Under the pieces are notes generated by a model. It was not told the DNA's origin and did not search any database. It was given only the letters and a program-made list of their open reading frames with translations. This document shows positions 1 to 12,972 of a stretch of 64,000 nt of DNA, one piece after another (position 1 is the stretch's first letter; every line of letters starts with the position of its first letter). Made by a program: the position numbers and the translations under genes. The stretch is from Chara braunii. Its lineage: Eukaryota; Plantae; Charophyceae. The stretch is taken from assembly GCA_003427395.1 (NCBI GenBank), contig BFEA01000010.1:7362102-7426101 (forward strand), in the 5' to 3' direction.

Positions 1-1620
1 TATGAATCATATGTAAAAGCACCAGGTCATGAAGGGTTGGATTGGTAGGAATCTCCGCAGAAACAATCGAGTCGATGTGTTCCGGTGTTGAGATTTTGTG
101 TTTATTGGCAAATGTGATCACGATATGGGAGTGTGGAAGGCCCCATTTTTTTAATTCAATAACATATATATATGAGATTGTTGGACCAAAAATATGTGTG
201 CGATGGATATCAGATATAAGATGTTGCAAGTAACCTTTGAAAACACGGGCTAGTAAGTCAGGTCTGTCAGATGCTTGTTGGTTCAAGAGTAGTTCGTTTT
301 CAATTTCTGGCCAATGGGGATTGCATGTCATCGTGATGAAGAGATCAGGAGGTCCATATTCTTGAACGGTTGCCATCGAGTCCTGATATCGATGGTGCAT
401 GTCTCGCGGACCACCGATGAACGTGCCAGGTAAGATGACACGCTGCCCAACATTTTCGGCGTTGTCATATTGCATGGCGTGGTTGCGAAGGTTTTGGCAA
501 AAGTCAGCGCGAATTTCAGTTTGGTGCAATCGGTTATAAAGGAGTCGACCATTTTCGATTTTTGCATAGGCCATGCAAACGTATTCTTGAAAAAGGCGTG
601 ACGCTCGGAATATTGTTGTGTGTTCGGTTGCGCGTATGTTGAGGTGGAACGCATAAAATTCGCCCGCGGTGATTCGCCGAATGTCGCGGTTATCTTCGTC
701 ATCTGTGCCAGATGTCCAACCATCCTCACTTGAGGGAAAAAGGAGCACATAGTGGAGCGGGTCGAAAGCGCAGTTTGTTTCGGAAATTGAACGAATGCCA
801 CCTCCACGACGATGTATTATTATTTCGCGATTAATCGGTTCGTCGTGTATGAGTAAGCAAATTTCTCGCAAGCCTTGAGGTTTGTTGTACCGACGTTCAT
901 GTTCTCCTGTCGAGCGGACATCTGGATTAATAACAATATGACGTTCATGGATCATATCCTTAGGTAGCTCTGACACAGTTATAAAGTCACGGACCCACAC
1001 GTTGCATATAGAAAGAAGGCGATGCAATTTGCTCAGCAGGGTTTTAATACGTTGAACAACAGCGAGGGGTATATCAGGCGGCAGGTCAAATCTGCTTAAT
1101 CGTATAATAGTTGCACCATGTTCATCCTGTGGATCGTATACGCAGGGTCGCGATGTTGCTCGGGGAACAAAGGGCCGAGATTGTGGTGGAGTTGCCCTGT
1201 GATTCGGACCATGCCCGACCATGGACCTGGTGGCGCATGCGGCTCCTGGACAATTTGTGACACCAGTGCAAGTGCATTATCGAACTGTCGTGCTCGTGAC
1301 CGAAGGAGCCTCCCTTGAGGGTTGTCAGTTTCCCATAAGTGGAGAATCTCATGAGCAGGTGTATCAATTGGAGGATATTGCCAAAGCGGCGGGCGAATTG
1401 TGCCTCGACGGCAGCACAAGGTAGTCCAAGGATGTTTGTGTTGCCATTTGTCGGTTGCACGATGTGCACACGGTGTTTTGTGACCAAGGGCAGCAATGTC
1501 GACGGGAATATGGTCAGTAATGAGGGTCGGTGTATGCACGCGTGCGCTGTTAACGTGTGGCGAAATGTATTCAATGTGTCTTTCTCTAAATCGGTGTTAT
1601 CGTTGTGTATGTCTCGCATG
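1..1620 (-). pseudogene. Helitron RepHel (rolling-circle Rep, N-terminal part), degenerate; runs off the window start
   Basis: Minus-strand translation gives Helitron Rep motifs: LFITMTCNPHW (311-343), DRPDLLARVF, YVIELKKWGLPHSHI (HUH-like H-S-H at 125-133; consensus VIEFQKRGLPHAH) and IDSIVSAEIP...HMIH. ORF 1096-1539 has CCRRG and RQFDNALALVS...RITGQLHHNLGPLFP, typical of the Helitron N-terminal domain. Multiple frameshifts and stops. Confidence 0.92.
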
Positions 1621-2162
1621 CGCTCTCCGATCTGCAGCGCGTGACGGTCCAGCTGCGAGAAACAGTGTACACGAAGAGGAAGGACAATAGAAGAGCAGGC
1701 AAGAAACAGAGAAGAAATAAATGTAAGGAAATTGAAAGAGTTGGCCAGCAGTTGTGTATCCTCACATGTTTTTATTGTATTTGTTGTACAGGACGATAAA
1801 GGTTATCGCTGCTGGTTTTTTTTTTTTTTACTTTGTTTGTCTTTTTTTCTCACGGTTTGTATTTTTGTATGTTTCTCTTTTTTTCTTTGTCTGTCTTTTT
1901 CTGTCTTTTCCTCTTTTTCTGTCTCGTTCTCTGTGACATACATCTCGAGGTCACTTGCGATTGAAGGGCCTCTTTTGTTGCTGTGTTCTGTCTTCCGCTC
2001 CCCCTGCTCCCCCCCACTTGCGATCGCAGCGTTCTGTCCCGCCCCCCAAAAAAAGAAAACCAAAAAAAAGCCCAAAAAAACCGTCGATGCAGTCGATGCG
2101 AGCAGTGTGAGGGTAGGTCAGGGGTTGGATACTGAGCTGTTCGGCGACGTGTATCTCATTCA

Positions 2163-2748
2163 ATCTCTCTCTCTCTCTCTGTCTCTCTGTCTCTCTTTCT
2201 CTTTCTCTCTTTCTTTCTGTCGGGGAGTTACATGTTGTGGTGCTCTCTCTTTCTTCCCCTGTCTCTTTCAGTCACTTTCTGTGTCTGTCTTTCTTTTTCT
2301 CTTGCGCTCTCTATCTATCTGTTTCTCTGTCTTTTTGTCTCTCTTTGTCTCTCGTTCTTTCCCTATCTGGTGTACATGACAGCCGAGTACTGTTTTACTT
2401 TGAGATCCCATGTCCCATTCTCTTATGTGTTTGCTTTATGGGGCTGCAATCCAGAGGTTTCCAGCGTTTGCTTTTTGTGTTTTTGTTCATGTTTTTTGCT
2501 TCGGCCTTTTGTCTTTTATCTATAAAAAAAAGCCGCTTGTTATTATTATTATTTTTTGAAAAAAAAAACGCGAGCAGTGTGTCCAGGGGTTATATTGTCA
2601 AATCAATGATTGAGGAAATTCGATTTCTCAGCGTCTGGCAATGTCCCGCCCTCTGGGGAATATTTTTTTGTTTCGTTCTTTTTTTTCCAAAAAAGATGGG
2701 AATATCGACCAAGTCTCTCTTTCTCTCGTCTTGGTTGAATTATGAACG

Positions 2749-2817
<69 letters not shown>

Positions 2818-2962
2818 TGGTAGGTATATTTCCGTGCCCCGTCGCAAGATTCATTCAATTTTGTTTATCTATTGATGCAATTGATGCAAGTAGTGTGAGC
2901 CCAGGCTAATGGTTGGACACTTAGCTGTTCAGCGATGCGTATCTCATCCAATCTCTCTCTCT

Positions 2963-2998
<36 letters not shown>

Positions 2999-3088
2999 TA
3001 CACACACACATACACACACACACACGCACACACATACACACACACACACATACACTGGAGACTTACCTGTTCACCCGTGTCTCGATGG

Positions 3089-3165
<77 letters not shown>
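2163..3165. repeat. (TC)n/(AC)n microsatellite cluster with short interspersed modules
   Basis: Visible dinucleotide tracts at about 2163-2350, 2752-2813, 2953-3055 and 3093-3165. Confidence 0.95.
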
Positions 3166-3168
<3 letters not shown>

Positions 3169-3514
3169 GTTGTGATTCTACTACGTGAAAGCCCATCTAC
3201 CACATTACCCCATCGCGATATCACACGATATGATCCTGTCACGTGTGAACTACGATGTCATGTCGCGTGGCGACCATTGCCAACATGCCACGTGTCAATC
3301 ATGCCACGTAATTGCTGATCAAGATCAGACCGTAGCGAGCTATGGATAGCATGGTTGATCAGAATGCCACGTTGCAGATACTCCATCATGATGCCACGCG
3401 GCGACCATCCTGCTGATGATTAGTGCCCCCTGATGATGCCACGTGGCTTGGTCTGAATGTCGCGTCACATAAATCGTTATGGATGAACCTGAATGGTACG
3501 TCATCGGTCGAGCT

Positions 3515-3882
3515 GTAGGGCTTAATCTGAATGCGACGTGCCAATGCTTCTTTGGACACTTAGGATGGGGGAGCAATTGAGGGACCGGCAGGAGGAGGAG
3601 GAACGGGATAGGCAGCAGGGAGGCATCGCAGACGGAGCAATGCGTGAAGAGTAGGAAGTTGATTTTCGCGGGGCCGCGCCTGTCTCTTATACACATCTAG
3701 ATGTGTATAAGAGACAGGTAGGGCTTAATCTGAATGCGACGTGCCAATGCTTCTTTGGACACTTAGGATGGGGGAGCAATTGAGGGACCGGCAGGAGGAG
3801 GAGGAACGGGATAGGCAGCAGGGAGGCATCGCAGACGGAGCAATGCGTGAAGAGTAGGAAGTTGATTTTCGCGGGGCCGCGC
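3515..3882. repeat. Artefactual 165-bp direct duplication around the adapter
   Basis: 3515-3679 matches 3718-3882 (gtagggcttaatc...ggggccgcgc), separated only by the 38-bp adapter. Confidence 0.93.
3680..3717. other. Nextera mate-pair junction adapter (two Tn5 mosaic ends, inverted); sequencing artefact
   Basis: Exact CTGTCTCTTATACACATCT + AGATGTGTATAAGAGACAG. Confidence 0.99.
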
Positions 3883-4178
3883 TGCATCTGGGGCAGGCAT
3901 CCCGTTGTTTTTTCTTAAAGTTTCTCTAGAAAAGAAGAATGCATTTGTTTGTTAATTTTTTTTCCCACCTACACATTTCTTTGGAGTTTTCGTTTTTTTT
4001 CCAGCAGAGCAAATCGATCCGTGTGCCAAGTCCCACGAGCAGCGTTGAGTTTCCTCAACGCCTGAATCTGGACGTGTTTGTAGAGATCTGTAGAAATCGC
4101 AATGAGTTTCCTTAACCACACATCTCCACAAACACGTCCAGATTCGGGCAGTTGTTGATTTGGTCGATGCATCGATGT

Positions 4179-4180
<2 letters not shown>

Positions 4181-4238
<58 letters not shown>

Positions 4239-4342
4239 TTCATCGATGGGATGAGCAAAAATCGATTGAATCTTCTGCCGAAAGGTGCAAATATACAGTG
4301 CGAGTTGGACTGTTAGCTGTTGGCCAACGTTGGAGACTTATC

Positions 4343-4414
<72 letters not shown>

Positions 4415-4664
4415 CACACACAAATTCCATCGATTTCTCTCTCTTTCACACACACACACACACACACACGTGTGTATGAGAGAGAGAGTGAGAGAGAGAG
4501 AGAGAGATCGAAGTGGCTGCAGAAGATCTGATCAATTTTGCGCATCGGCGTACATCCGGTCTCTCTCTCTCTTTCTCTCCCTCTGTTTCTCTCTCTCTCT
4601 CTCTCTCTCACTCTCTCTCCCCGTGTGGTTGATGCTCTCTTGGCTTTCGTCGTGCGGATCTCGT

Positions 4665-4722
<58 letters not shown>

Positions 4723-4723
4723 T

Positions 4724-4769
<46 letters not shown>

Positions 4770-4823
4770 GCGCGCGTCTGCATGTGTGGATCGCCTCGCA
4801 CACAGCGCGCACAATCTCTCTCC

Positions 4824-4866
<43 letters not shown>

Positions 4867-5145
4867 ACTCAGATGTGCACGCGTGCATAGCGCCCGACAG
4901 ACTGCGTGCACGTGCAAACTTTGTAACCCCGCGACCGCCCTCCTCGATGCCCGCGCCATCCCCCTCACACACACACACACACATATGTGTGTATCAGAAA
5001 GAGAGAGAGAGAGAGAGAGAGAGCTCAAAGTGGTTGCAAAAGATCGGATCGATTTTGCGCGTCGGCGTACATACCTTGTTCGGCCATTGCGACGGAGTAC
5101 TTTTGGAATGGCCTGACGTCGTCCATTCTCTCTCTCTTTCTCTCC

Positions 5146-5217
<72 letters not shown>

Positions 5218-5550
5218 NNNNNNNNNNNNNNNNNNNNNNNNNNNNNNNNNNNNNNNNNNNNNNNNNNNNNNNNNNNNNNNNNNNNNNNNNNNNNNNNNNN
5301 NNNNNNNNNNNNNNNNNNNNNNNNNNNNNNNNNNNNNNNNNNNNNNNNNNNNNNNNNNNNNNNNNNNNNNNNNNNNNNNNNNNNNNNNNNNNNNNNNNNN
5401 NNNNNNNNNNNNNNNNNNNNNNNNNNNNNNNNNNNNNNNNNNNNNNNNNNNNNNNNNNNNNNNNNNNNNNNNNNNNNNNNNNNNNNNNNNNNNNNNNNNN
5501 NNNNNNNNNNNNNNNNNNNNNNNNNNNNNNNNNNNNNNNNNNNNNNNNNN

Positions 5551-5630
<80 letters not shown>

Positions 5631-5730
5631 GCTCAGATGTGCACACGTGCATAGTGCCCGGCAGACTGCGTGCACGTGCGAACTTTATTACCCCGCGACG
5701 GCCTTCCTCCACGCCCGCGCCATCCCCCTC
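4181..5730. repeat. Microsatellite-rich block with duplicated modules
   Basis: (AC)n, (TC)n and (AG)n tracts. The module ctgtt..cagatgtgcac..ccatccccctc occurs at about 4862-4966 and 5626-5730; aagtgg..gcgtacat occurs at about 4511-4556 and 5027-5073. N gap at 5218-5550. Confidence 0.9.
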
Positions 5731-6400
5731 GACGCCCCCTCTTTCCAGGTGCAGGGCCGCATGCCACCCGGACCGCCGCTGCTCCTCTCATTGACACCCG
5801 CCTCGACGCCCCGTTTTCCAAGTACAGTCCCGTATGTCGCCTAGGCCGCCGGTGTTACAGTCACCGACAGCGCGTGCGCACCCCCGCCCCTTCACCCGAT
5901 ATCGCGTGCGAGATGCCAGCCCTCGGTCCCCTGCGGCGCCACTCTTTCCAACCGGCGGGCCTCCGGTTCGTGCCTCCCAGTGCCGCCGCGATTTTCCTCA
6001 GTCCCCTGCGGCGTATACCGGTTCGCGCTTTCCGCTGCCCCTTCCTGACGGCGCGCGGAACTTCGGCCTCCCTGAACCGACGCTGCACCCCTGCGGACCG
6101 CTTCGCGCCTCTCCTCAGTCCCCTGCGGCGCCGTGCGGACCCCCCAACCCGATTTTCGTTGGGCCCGCTGGGAGCGTCACGCGCGGACCGGTCCTTCCTT
6201 TAAGGTATAAGAGATTAATTGTATGATCATTGTTGTTCTGAATCATAATCAAAGATTCCTAAGACCGGGGACTGGTGTAGATCGCAATTGAAGGGTCTCG
6301 CTCGAAGCCGGACGCCCACAACAGGAAAGGATTTGCATGTATGAGGTATTATCCTGGACTGGAGAAGGAGATTGACACTTGTTGATGAAGATGGTCAGAC

Positions 6401-9230
6401 TTGGTCAAAGGTATGCCTTATCAACTCTTGACAAACTGTGAAAGAAAAGAGCAAGTCAAAGAACTCTTTCATCAGGGATGTCAGTTAAGAGATGCATGGA
6501 ATGAGCTTTCAAAATCCACCACTAACGGTATATTCCCCTATCACTACGAGCGTTGTTGGACCTATCATTCTGGCAGAACGATTATCTATGTGGTACGAGC
6601 TTATTTCTTGGAAGGGGATACCTATGATATTCGTTCTTATGTCAAGAAAGAAGGTTGCAATGATGGTGAAACCTTCAATTGGTTGTGGGAAATTGCCATT
6701 CAATCTATCTATGACGAGAACTCAGAATTACCTAGACAAAAGAAGAGAGTGGTATGGGGTTTAATGCCAAGAACTTAGGAGACAATGCCTATTCCTCTTA
6801 ACCTTGATAATTATTTTGTAATGAAAGCAATTGGTTGTTGATTATCAATATGGTATTGAAGTGGAAGAAATGAATGAACTGTCATGAGATCAAAAGAAAT
6901 TTCAAGGAAATCAGACAACGGAGGTCAGAATTTGGGAGAGATTCAAACCCGAGGAAAAGAAATGTTGAATGTTTCTTGAAGTCTTGAATGCTCTGAGTAA
7001 GAAATAAGTGTTCTCATATGAGACTTTCAAGTATGAAATGGTCGTGCACGTATCAAGTCATTGATTGTTGATTAAATATGTCATGCACGTATCAAGTCAT
7101 TGAATGCTTTGAGTAAGAAAGAAGTGGATGGGGGGGGACAAGAGCGATTTTATGTTTTGACGTTCTACTTCTATGAATCATAGCTACGCCGGACCGGACA
7201 CCGGACCGAATCCGGACCCCGGACCCCGGACCTCCCGGGCCCTTCCGGACTTCCGGAAAACCGGAATATTCCGNNNNNNNNNNNNNNNNNNNNNNNNNNN
7301 NNNNNNNNNNNNNNNNNNNNNNNNNNNNNNNNNNNNNNNNNNNNNNNNNNNNNNNNNNNNNNNNNNNNNNNNNNNNNNNNNNNNNNNNNNNNNNNNNNNN
7401 NNNNNNNNNNNNNNNNNNNNNNNNNNNNNNNNNNNNNNNNNNNNNNNNNNNNNNNNNNNNNNNNNNNNNNNNNNNNNNNNNNNNNNNNNNNNNNNNNNNN
7501 NNNNNNNNNNNNNNNNNNNNNNNNNNNNNNNNNNNNNNNNNNNNNNNNNNNNNNNNNNNNNNNNNNNNNNNNNNNNNNNNNNNNNNNNNNNNNNNNNNNN
7601 NNNNNNNNNNNNNNNNNNNNNNNNNNNNNNNNNNNNNNNNNNNNNNNNNNNNNNNNNNNNNNNNNNNNNNNNNNNNNNNNNNNNNNNNNNNNNNNNNNNN
7701 NNNNNNNNNNNNNNNNNNNNNNNNNNNNNNNNNNNNNNNNNNNNNNNNNNNNNNNNNNNNNNNNNNNNNNNNNNNNNNNNNNNNNNNNNNNNNNNNNNNN
7801 NNNNNNNNNNNNNNNNNNNNNNNNNNNNNNNNNNNNNNNNNNNNNNNNNNNNNNNNNNNNNNNNNNNNNNNNNNNNNNNNNNNNNNNNNNNNNAAATGAA
7901 TCTTCTGCAGAACGTGGAATAATACGCCACCATATGTTTTGTCTTTTGTGCATTTGGTGAGTAGAGGCCCTTAGGGCCACTGCACGTATTCCTAAGAAAA
8001 GAAAAACGAGAAAAGAAAAGAAAAACGAGAAAAGAAAAAAAAAACGAAAGAAGAAAAGAAAAACGAGAAAAGGAAAGCAAAACGAGAAAACACAGAAATA
8101 GTGACCCATAACCGAGATGCAGAGACCTGAATTTGAATATAGACTATATACTCTCTGCCCACGCTCACAAAGTACACGTTTGAGTTGCACCTCTGCATGA
8201 CATAGGGTCCCATCTAATACGCTGGAGGGATCCTTCGGAAAAGAGGCTGGATATAATGAGGACATTAATACTCAGATGTACAAACCCCCTCGTAGACTTT
8301 CCGAGCCGTCTGGATCGTGGGTGAGGGTGGTAAAAAATAAGGCACTATTTTTTTGGGGTGGCCCAGGGCGTGAACAAACACCCTGGACCACCTAAAATTT
8401 TTTTGGCCATTGGGCTGGGACCCTCACATCCGGACCAAGATCCGGACCCGGACCCCGGACCCCGGACAACGGACGGTCCGGATCCCTGTCCGGTGGTCCG
8501 GATCGTAGCTATGCTATGGATTGAATACATACGACATGAGAACTTATGTTCCCAGAGAGAGAAGTGTTGATGTTACATATGGGAGATGTTGGGGATTTGT
8601 TGATGAAGTTGTGGTGAAAGAGAAGGAAAGACTTGAAAAGGAGAAGAAGTGCTTCACTAGATCCACTCGGTTTGTTGTCTTTAAGGGATTCCAACTCCTT
8701 TACTTGATAACAGTCTATCAAGGAACAACTGGTCTGCTATAGTTGAGTTTGCTCTGAAAGTGAGAAGAAATCAGAGACATTGATGGATCTACAGTACTTG
8801 CCTTCAAAAGAGCCTTGGTTGAGACTAGGAAGAGGACATGGGAGATTGAGCGAAGAAAGAACAAAAAAGTTATTGAGTTTCCTTAACTCTCTAGGGGAAG
8901 AAGTATTCCCCTATATGATTGTGAGGTATGAAGCAGTGAAAAGGAGAGGATGAGAGCAGAATAGTCTATATATCCTCACCAGTCGATACCTCGAGCTTGA
9001 TGAATATGATGTCAGAATTTATGTTCTAATATGATGTCAGAATTTATGTTCCACAAGAGAGGTTTGAGGGTTGTGAATATGACATATGTTGGGAATGAGT
9101 AGTCAACATTGTACTAGAAGAGAGAAAAATTCTTGAACAAGAGAACAAAAACTTCACTTGGAGTACTCATGTCAAACCCTTTTGTGGAATACCTTGTCCT
9201 CCTATGAAAGGACTTCATCTTCCAATGAAT
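6401..9230 (+). pseudogene. Accessory ORF upstream of gag containing three diverged copies of an unknown domain
   Basis: YVVRAYFLEGDTYDIRSYV (about 6586-6643), YVLTFYFYELNTYDMRTYV (7151-7178 joined to 8522-8550 after removing the hAT insertion) and YILTSRYLELDEYDVRIYV (about 8969-9025), each preceded by IFPY, VFSY or VFPY. Confidence 0.6.
7179..8513. mobile_element. Non-autonomous hAT-type TIR element (contains an N gap)
   Basis: TIR CATAGCTACG / CGTAGCTATG; 8-bp TSD ctatgaat (7171-7178) / ctatggat (8514-8521), one mismatch; dense subterminal CCGGAC repeats. Confidence 0.85.
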
Positions 9231-10431
9231 AATTGATCAACTATGGTGGATTTTGTATGGAAAGTGAAAAGGTATCAGGAATGTTGTCAGTAGCATGGAT
9301 ATCCATTGTGAAAGGCTGGTTGGACAAAGTGACCGAGTCTGATAATTGTTTCATGATTTTGAGATGTGAGACTTGTAGGAGAGGTCATATGATATTCTAC
9401 ATTCCAGTGATTAAATTTTTTAATACTGGTAGTCTGGATGCGATAATTTATGCTCGAAGGAGGTTAATTATTTAGAATGCCTAAGAGGGGCTCACATCAG
9501 TTTTATAAGAACAAAAGAATGGCTTGAGAAATTGGACAGGAAGGTATTTTGGGGGGCAGGAGTGAGACGATTTGAGAGACTCCCTGATTTTCGAACTACT
9601 AATGGATTTGAAGACAAAGAGGTTGGATGCCTTTACTGGAAACCATTGCCGTGATTGGAAAAGCAAGAGAGAATGATATCATTGGAAGAGCAAAGGTTTT
9701 TCCACTTAGTGCTTTTGAGCACATGTTTGAGATTGTTGATTACATTCATCTTGAGATCTACCTCTCTTGATGTTGTTTACGATACTCTGAAGATGAGTGA
9801 TAATGTTTGGTCCAGTTGAGCAACTTACCTTTGGGATTATAGTAGAAGAGAGGACAGTCAAGACAAAAGTTATTCTTCGGATCTTTGATAGGAATCTTTC
9901 TACTCTGGATGATTTTGAGTATTTGCAACCTTTTCTTGATCCAATGAGGAACTCTGCTTTGAAAATTGTTACTGATCAGGCAAAGATGAATTACTTATTA
10001 AAAGTAGTGAGAGTGAGAACTGTTGAGAGAGTATTCTATCACATCTCCAGGGAACAAGTCTCTCTTGCCAGAAGAGTTAGCAGTGGTCCGTAAGCGATGC
10101 AATTTGATTACGAGATTATTGATCTGACAAGGTATTTTATAATTTAAGGGATTGTGAAGGGATACAATAGAAGAATGAGCAAAAACAGTGAGAGATAATT
10201 AATTGAGGATTATATTGGGAGGTTGAGAAGAGTTGCTTTGCCTCTAATCTATACATAGACTATTATTGCCTACACTTTCTATCTACAAAATTCTCAAGGG
10301 GTGGAATAGACAAGAAAAAAAAGACGAACCTGTATCTCAATGAGAGTGAGGGATTGAAAATAAAAAAGAAGAGGTTAAAAGGTGACAAGAGAAGAAAGAA
10401 AAAAGGGTATTAAGAGAAATTGATGTTTAAG

Positions 10432-11800
10432 ATGGCTGGGAAAGGAAGACGTAGCTCCTCCACAAAAACCCATGAAGAGACTTTTGTGGGTGTCATACGA
10501 GAATTGGTTGAAAGGGTTGATACCTGTCTAGCATCGTGTTCGGGTTCGGTGACCGAACCCAAACGTTCGCGATCGAACGTAAACGAGCGCCAAAACCCCC
10601 CGAACGTGAACATAAAAAAAAAAAAAACGTTCTCAAAAAAATATGATAACCAATATATGTTATGTTAAATAATAAAACAAACAACTTTCACCTTGGGGGT
10701 ATGCTCAAATTTGTAACCAAACTCGAGTAAGAAATCAAAAACCAATTTTTATTATTATTATTTTTTTTAATATGTTTGACCGAACACGTTCCGGGGGCGT
10801 TCGGCCGAACACCCAAACATGTTCGGACGTTCAGAAAAGCTCTGAACATGTTCGGACGTTCGGAAAAGCTCCGAACATGTTCGGTGTGCTACAAAGGTTG
10901 ATACAATGAAGGAAGATCAGATATTGCAAAAACAGAACGACCTGATTAGAAAATTTTCTGTTTAGAGGACTACAAGTCAATGATTTCTTGGAGAAGTATG
11001 AATTGTTTGACTTAGTTATGGTTAGGCTGGTAGACAACGACTCAAACATCTTCTGTCATGCTACGATTTTGATTCAATATTGGCAGTTTAAGAGTTGATG
11101 GAAGGAGCTACTACTTGGGAAAAAGTCAAAGATAGAATAAGAAGAGAGTTTGAGAAATACTTTGTTCCGACTACTGTCAAGGACCTTCCTAACATGAGAA
11201 GAGCTAAATATGATACATTCAATGTTTTTTATTCAGACGTTTATCCGAATAACCAGAAGAATTTCATACGAGGATGAGGCTCAAAGATGTCACATCTTCT
11301 TGACTAATTTCACGGACAGTGAGAGACAGATGGTATTGAACAAGGCTCAACATTACCCTCTCAGATGGGATGAGATGGTGGCAATAGTCATGTATCGACC
11401 TACAATTTCTCACAAGAAGTGGTCACTGAATCAGATCAGTACTCTAGCTAAGGATTGGGAAACAGAAAACGACATGAACAGAGGGATTAACGTGAGCACA
11501 AAGAATACTGTTCAATGAGTTATAACAAATTACATGCCTGTTGTCCCTACTTCAGATGAGAAAGAGAAAAAGAAAACGAAAAGTGAAGATGGAGAAGATG
11601 ATGATGATGATGATTATGGAAAGAGAGGAAACATATTCAAATTCAAAAGGAATGGAGGTAATGGTGGTATAGGTAACAAAGAAAGAAGTAAATATGAAGA
11701 TCGACCAATGAAAGTTTCACTTATTACTATTGTGGTGAAGGAGGTCATACCACCACCTATTGTAAACCTCTGGAAGAGGATGTGAAGAATGGGGTTGTGA
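10432..11800 (+). pseudogene. gag: gag of gypsy A (fragmented) with degenerate zinc knuckle
   Basis: MAGKG...RELVERVDT|MKEDQ rejoins across the MITE. FRGLQVNDFLEKYE and TTWEKVKDRIRREF are gag-like. (Y)YYCGEGGHTTTYC, a degenerate CCHC, lies at about 11720-11765. Confidence 0.7.
10524..10896. mobile_element. hAT-type MITE (373 bp)
   Basis: Perfect 8-bp TSD GTTGATAC (10516-10523 / 10897-10904); imperfect TIR CTGTCTAGCA vs CTTTGTAGCA (reverse complement); subterminal CCGAAC/GTTCGG repeats; AT-rich core. Confidence 0.85.
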
Positions 11801-12367
11801 AAAATAACGCTATGAGTCATGTTTGTGGCAACTTTTGGAACTAACTGGATCCAAGACATCCTGGGAGTATGAGATTGCTTGCTCTTAAACATTAAGAGAA
11901 GAAAAAAAAATAAAAAAATGTGAATGTTTATTTTCTCATTGACGAAGTGCCTGAAAACTTTGTGCGAAAACTGCTACAATTGAATTGTCTTTGCAGTCCA
12001 TGATGTTAAAAGAAGACTTCTCTGAAAATACTTCATCAAGTAGTGGCCTACCAGGAGAAGAACTTGCATCTCAATGCTCTTCTGGGTTGACGGGGTTTTC
12101 CCCAGGTAGGTCCACTTGTTCAGTTAACATGATGACTTTTAAAGGCATCTTACCATATTAAGTTGTCATGAACCCTAGTATGGTGATTGGTGAAGTAAGA
12201 AACCTTAAGGCAAACATGACACCTCAAATGATCGAAGAAAAAAAAAGGAAAAAAATTGAAAAGACTTTTGACGAAATTCTTGATGATTCGGAACAAAACT
12301 TTTCATCTCGAAAGAATGAACAACAGAAGAAGATAAAATTCATATTAAGAATGAACTCGAAGATGAG

Positions 12368-12865
12368 GTGGTAATCAGTGATGTGATCACAAAGATGTTG
12401 GAAGAAATTGATGTAACTCTGGCCTTTAAGGAGGCAATGACCTTAACACCTAAGCTAAGAGAAGAACTTAAGAGATTAATTCAAAAGAAAAAGGTGGAAG
12501 TCGACTACTTGGGTTCGGATTTCCTTGCTCAAGTGAATAGGTCACTTGCAGGGTGCAAAATGAGATTTGCAACCATAGGTTGTGGATATTTGACTATCTA
12601 CATCAATAAAGTAAAGATCGGAGCCTTAATAGACTTTGAGGCAGAAAAGGTTCGTCTTTCCCAAAGAACTACGAAAGCTTGTGATCTGACTATTCATAGA
12701 AGCTCAAAACATCCATTGAGTAACATTGTTGAAAATCTTTATTTGAGAGGCTTCATTGATGATTTGGTCATAAGGTTGGAACTGTTTCTGTTGAACTATT
12801 GGGATTCGTGGTTTCAAAGTTGGATCATGATTGTATCTTTGGTGCTTCATTCTTGCATAGAATGA
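12368..12865 (+). pseudogene. Aspartic protease region of gypsy A (degenerate active site)
   Basis: INKVKIGALIDFEAE resembles the ALIDSGAE retropepsin motif; lies between gag and RT. Confidence 0.6.
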
Positions 12866-12972
12866 AAGCTGCTTAGTTCTTCAGTCATGAAGGGTCATCT
12901 TGGATAGCTCTGCAAGATTCAGAGATTGGTCTGAAACAGATCTTTATGGTTGTACCTCAAATCATCCTAAAC

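Larger units (their letters stand above)
3168..6323 (+). mobile_element. Possible LTR or solo-LTR remnant, interrupted by microsatellite modules and a gap
   Basis: Ends (c)GTTGTG (3168) and CACAACA (6323) are nearly inverted. GCCACGT-rich 5' part, GC-rich repeats at 5700-6190, TATAA near 6205. No matching TSD (ctcgt vs ggaaa). Confidence 0.3.

Noticed and set aside
3680-3717. Perfect 38-bp palindrome or Tn5-like element suggesting horizontal transfer
   Set aside because: Exact Nextera junction adapter; a library artefact.
1732-5844. Long ORFs (SLSLSL, ERERER, HTHTHT, X-runs)
   Set aside because: Produced by microsatellites and N gaps; not coding.
7894-8265. BED zinc-finger or transposase remnant inside the hAT element (LKRVLC...HQMH)
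   Set aside because: Needs an assumed mutation and a splice; too weak to call.
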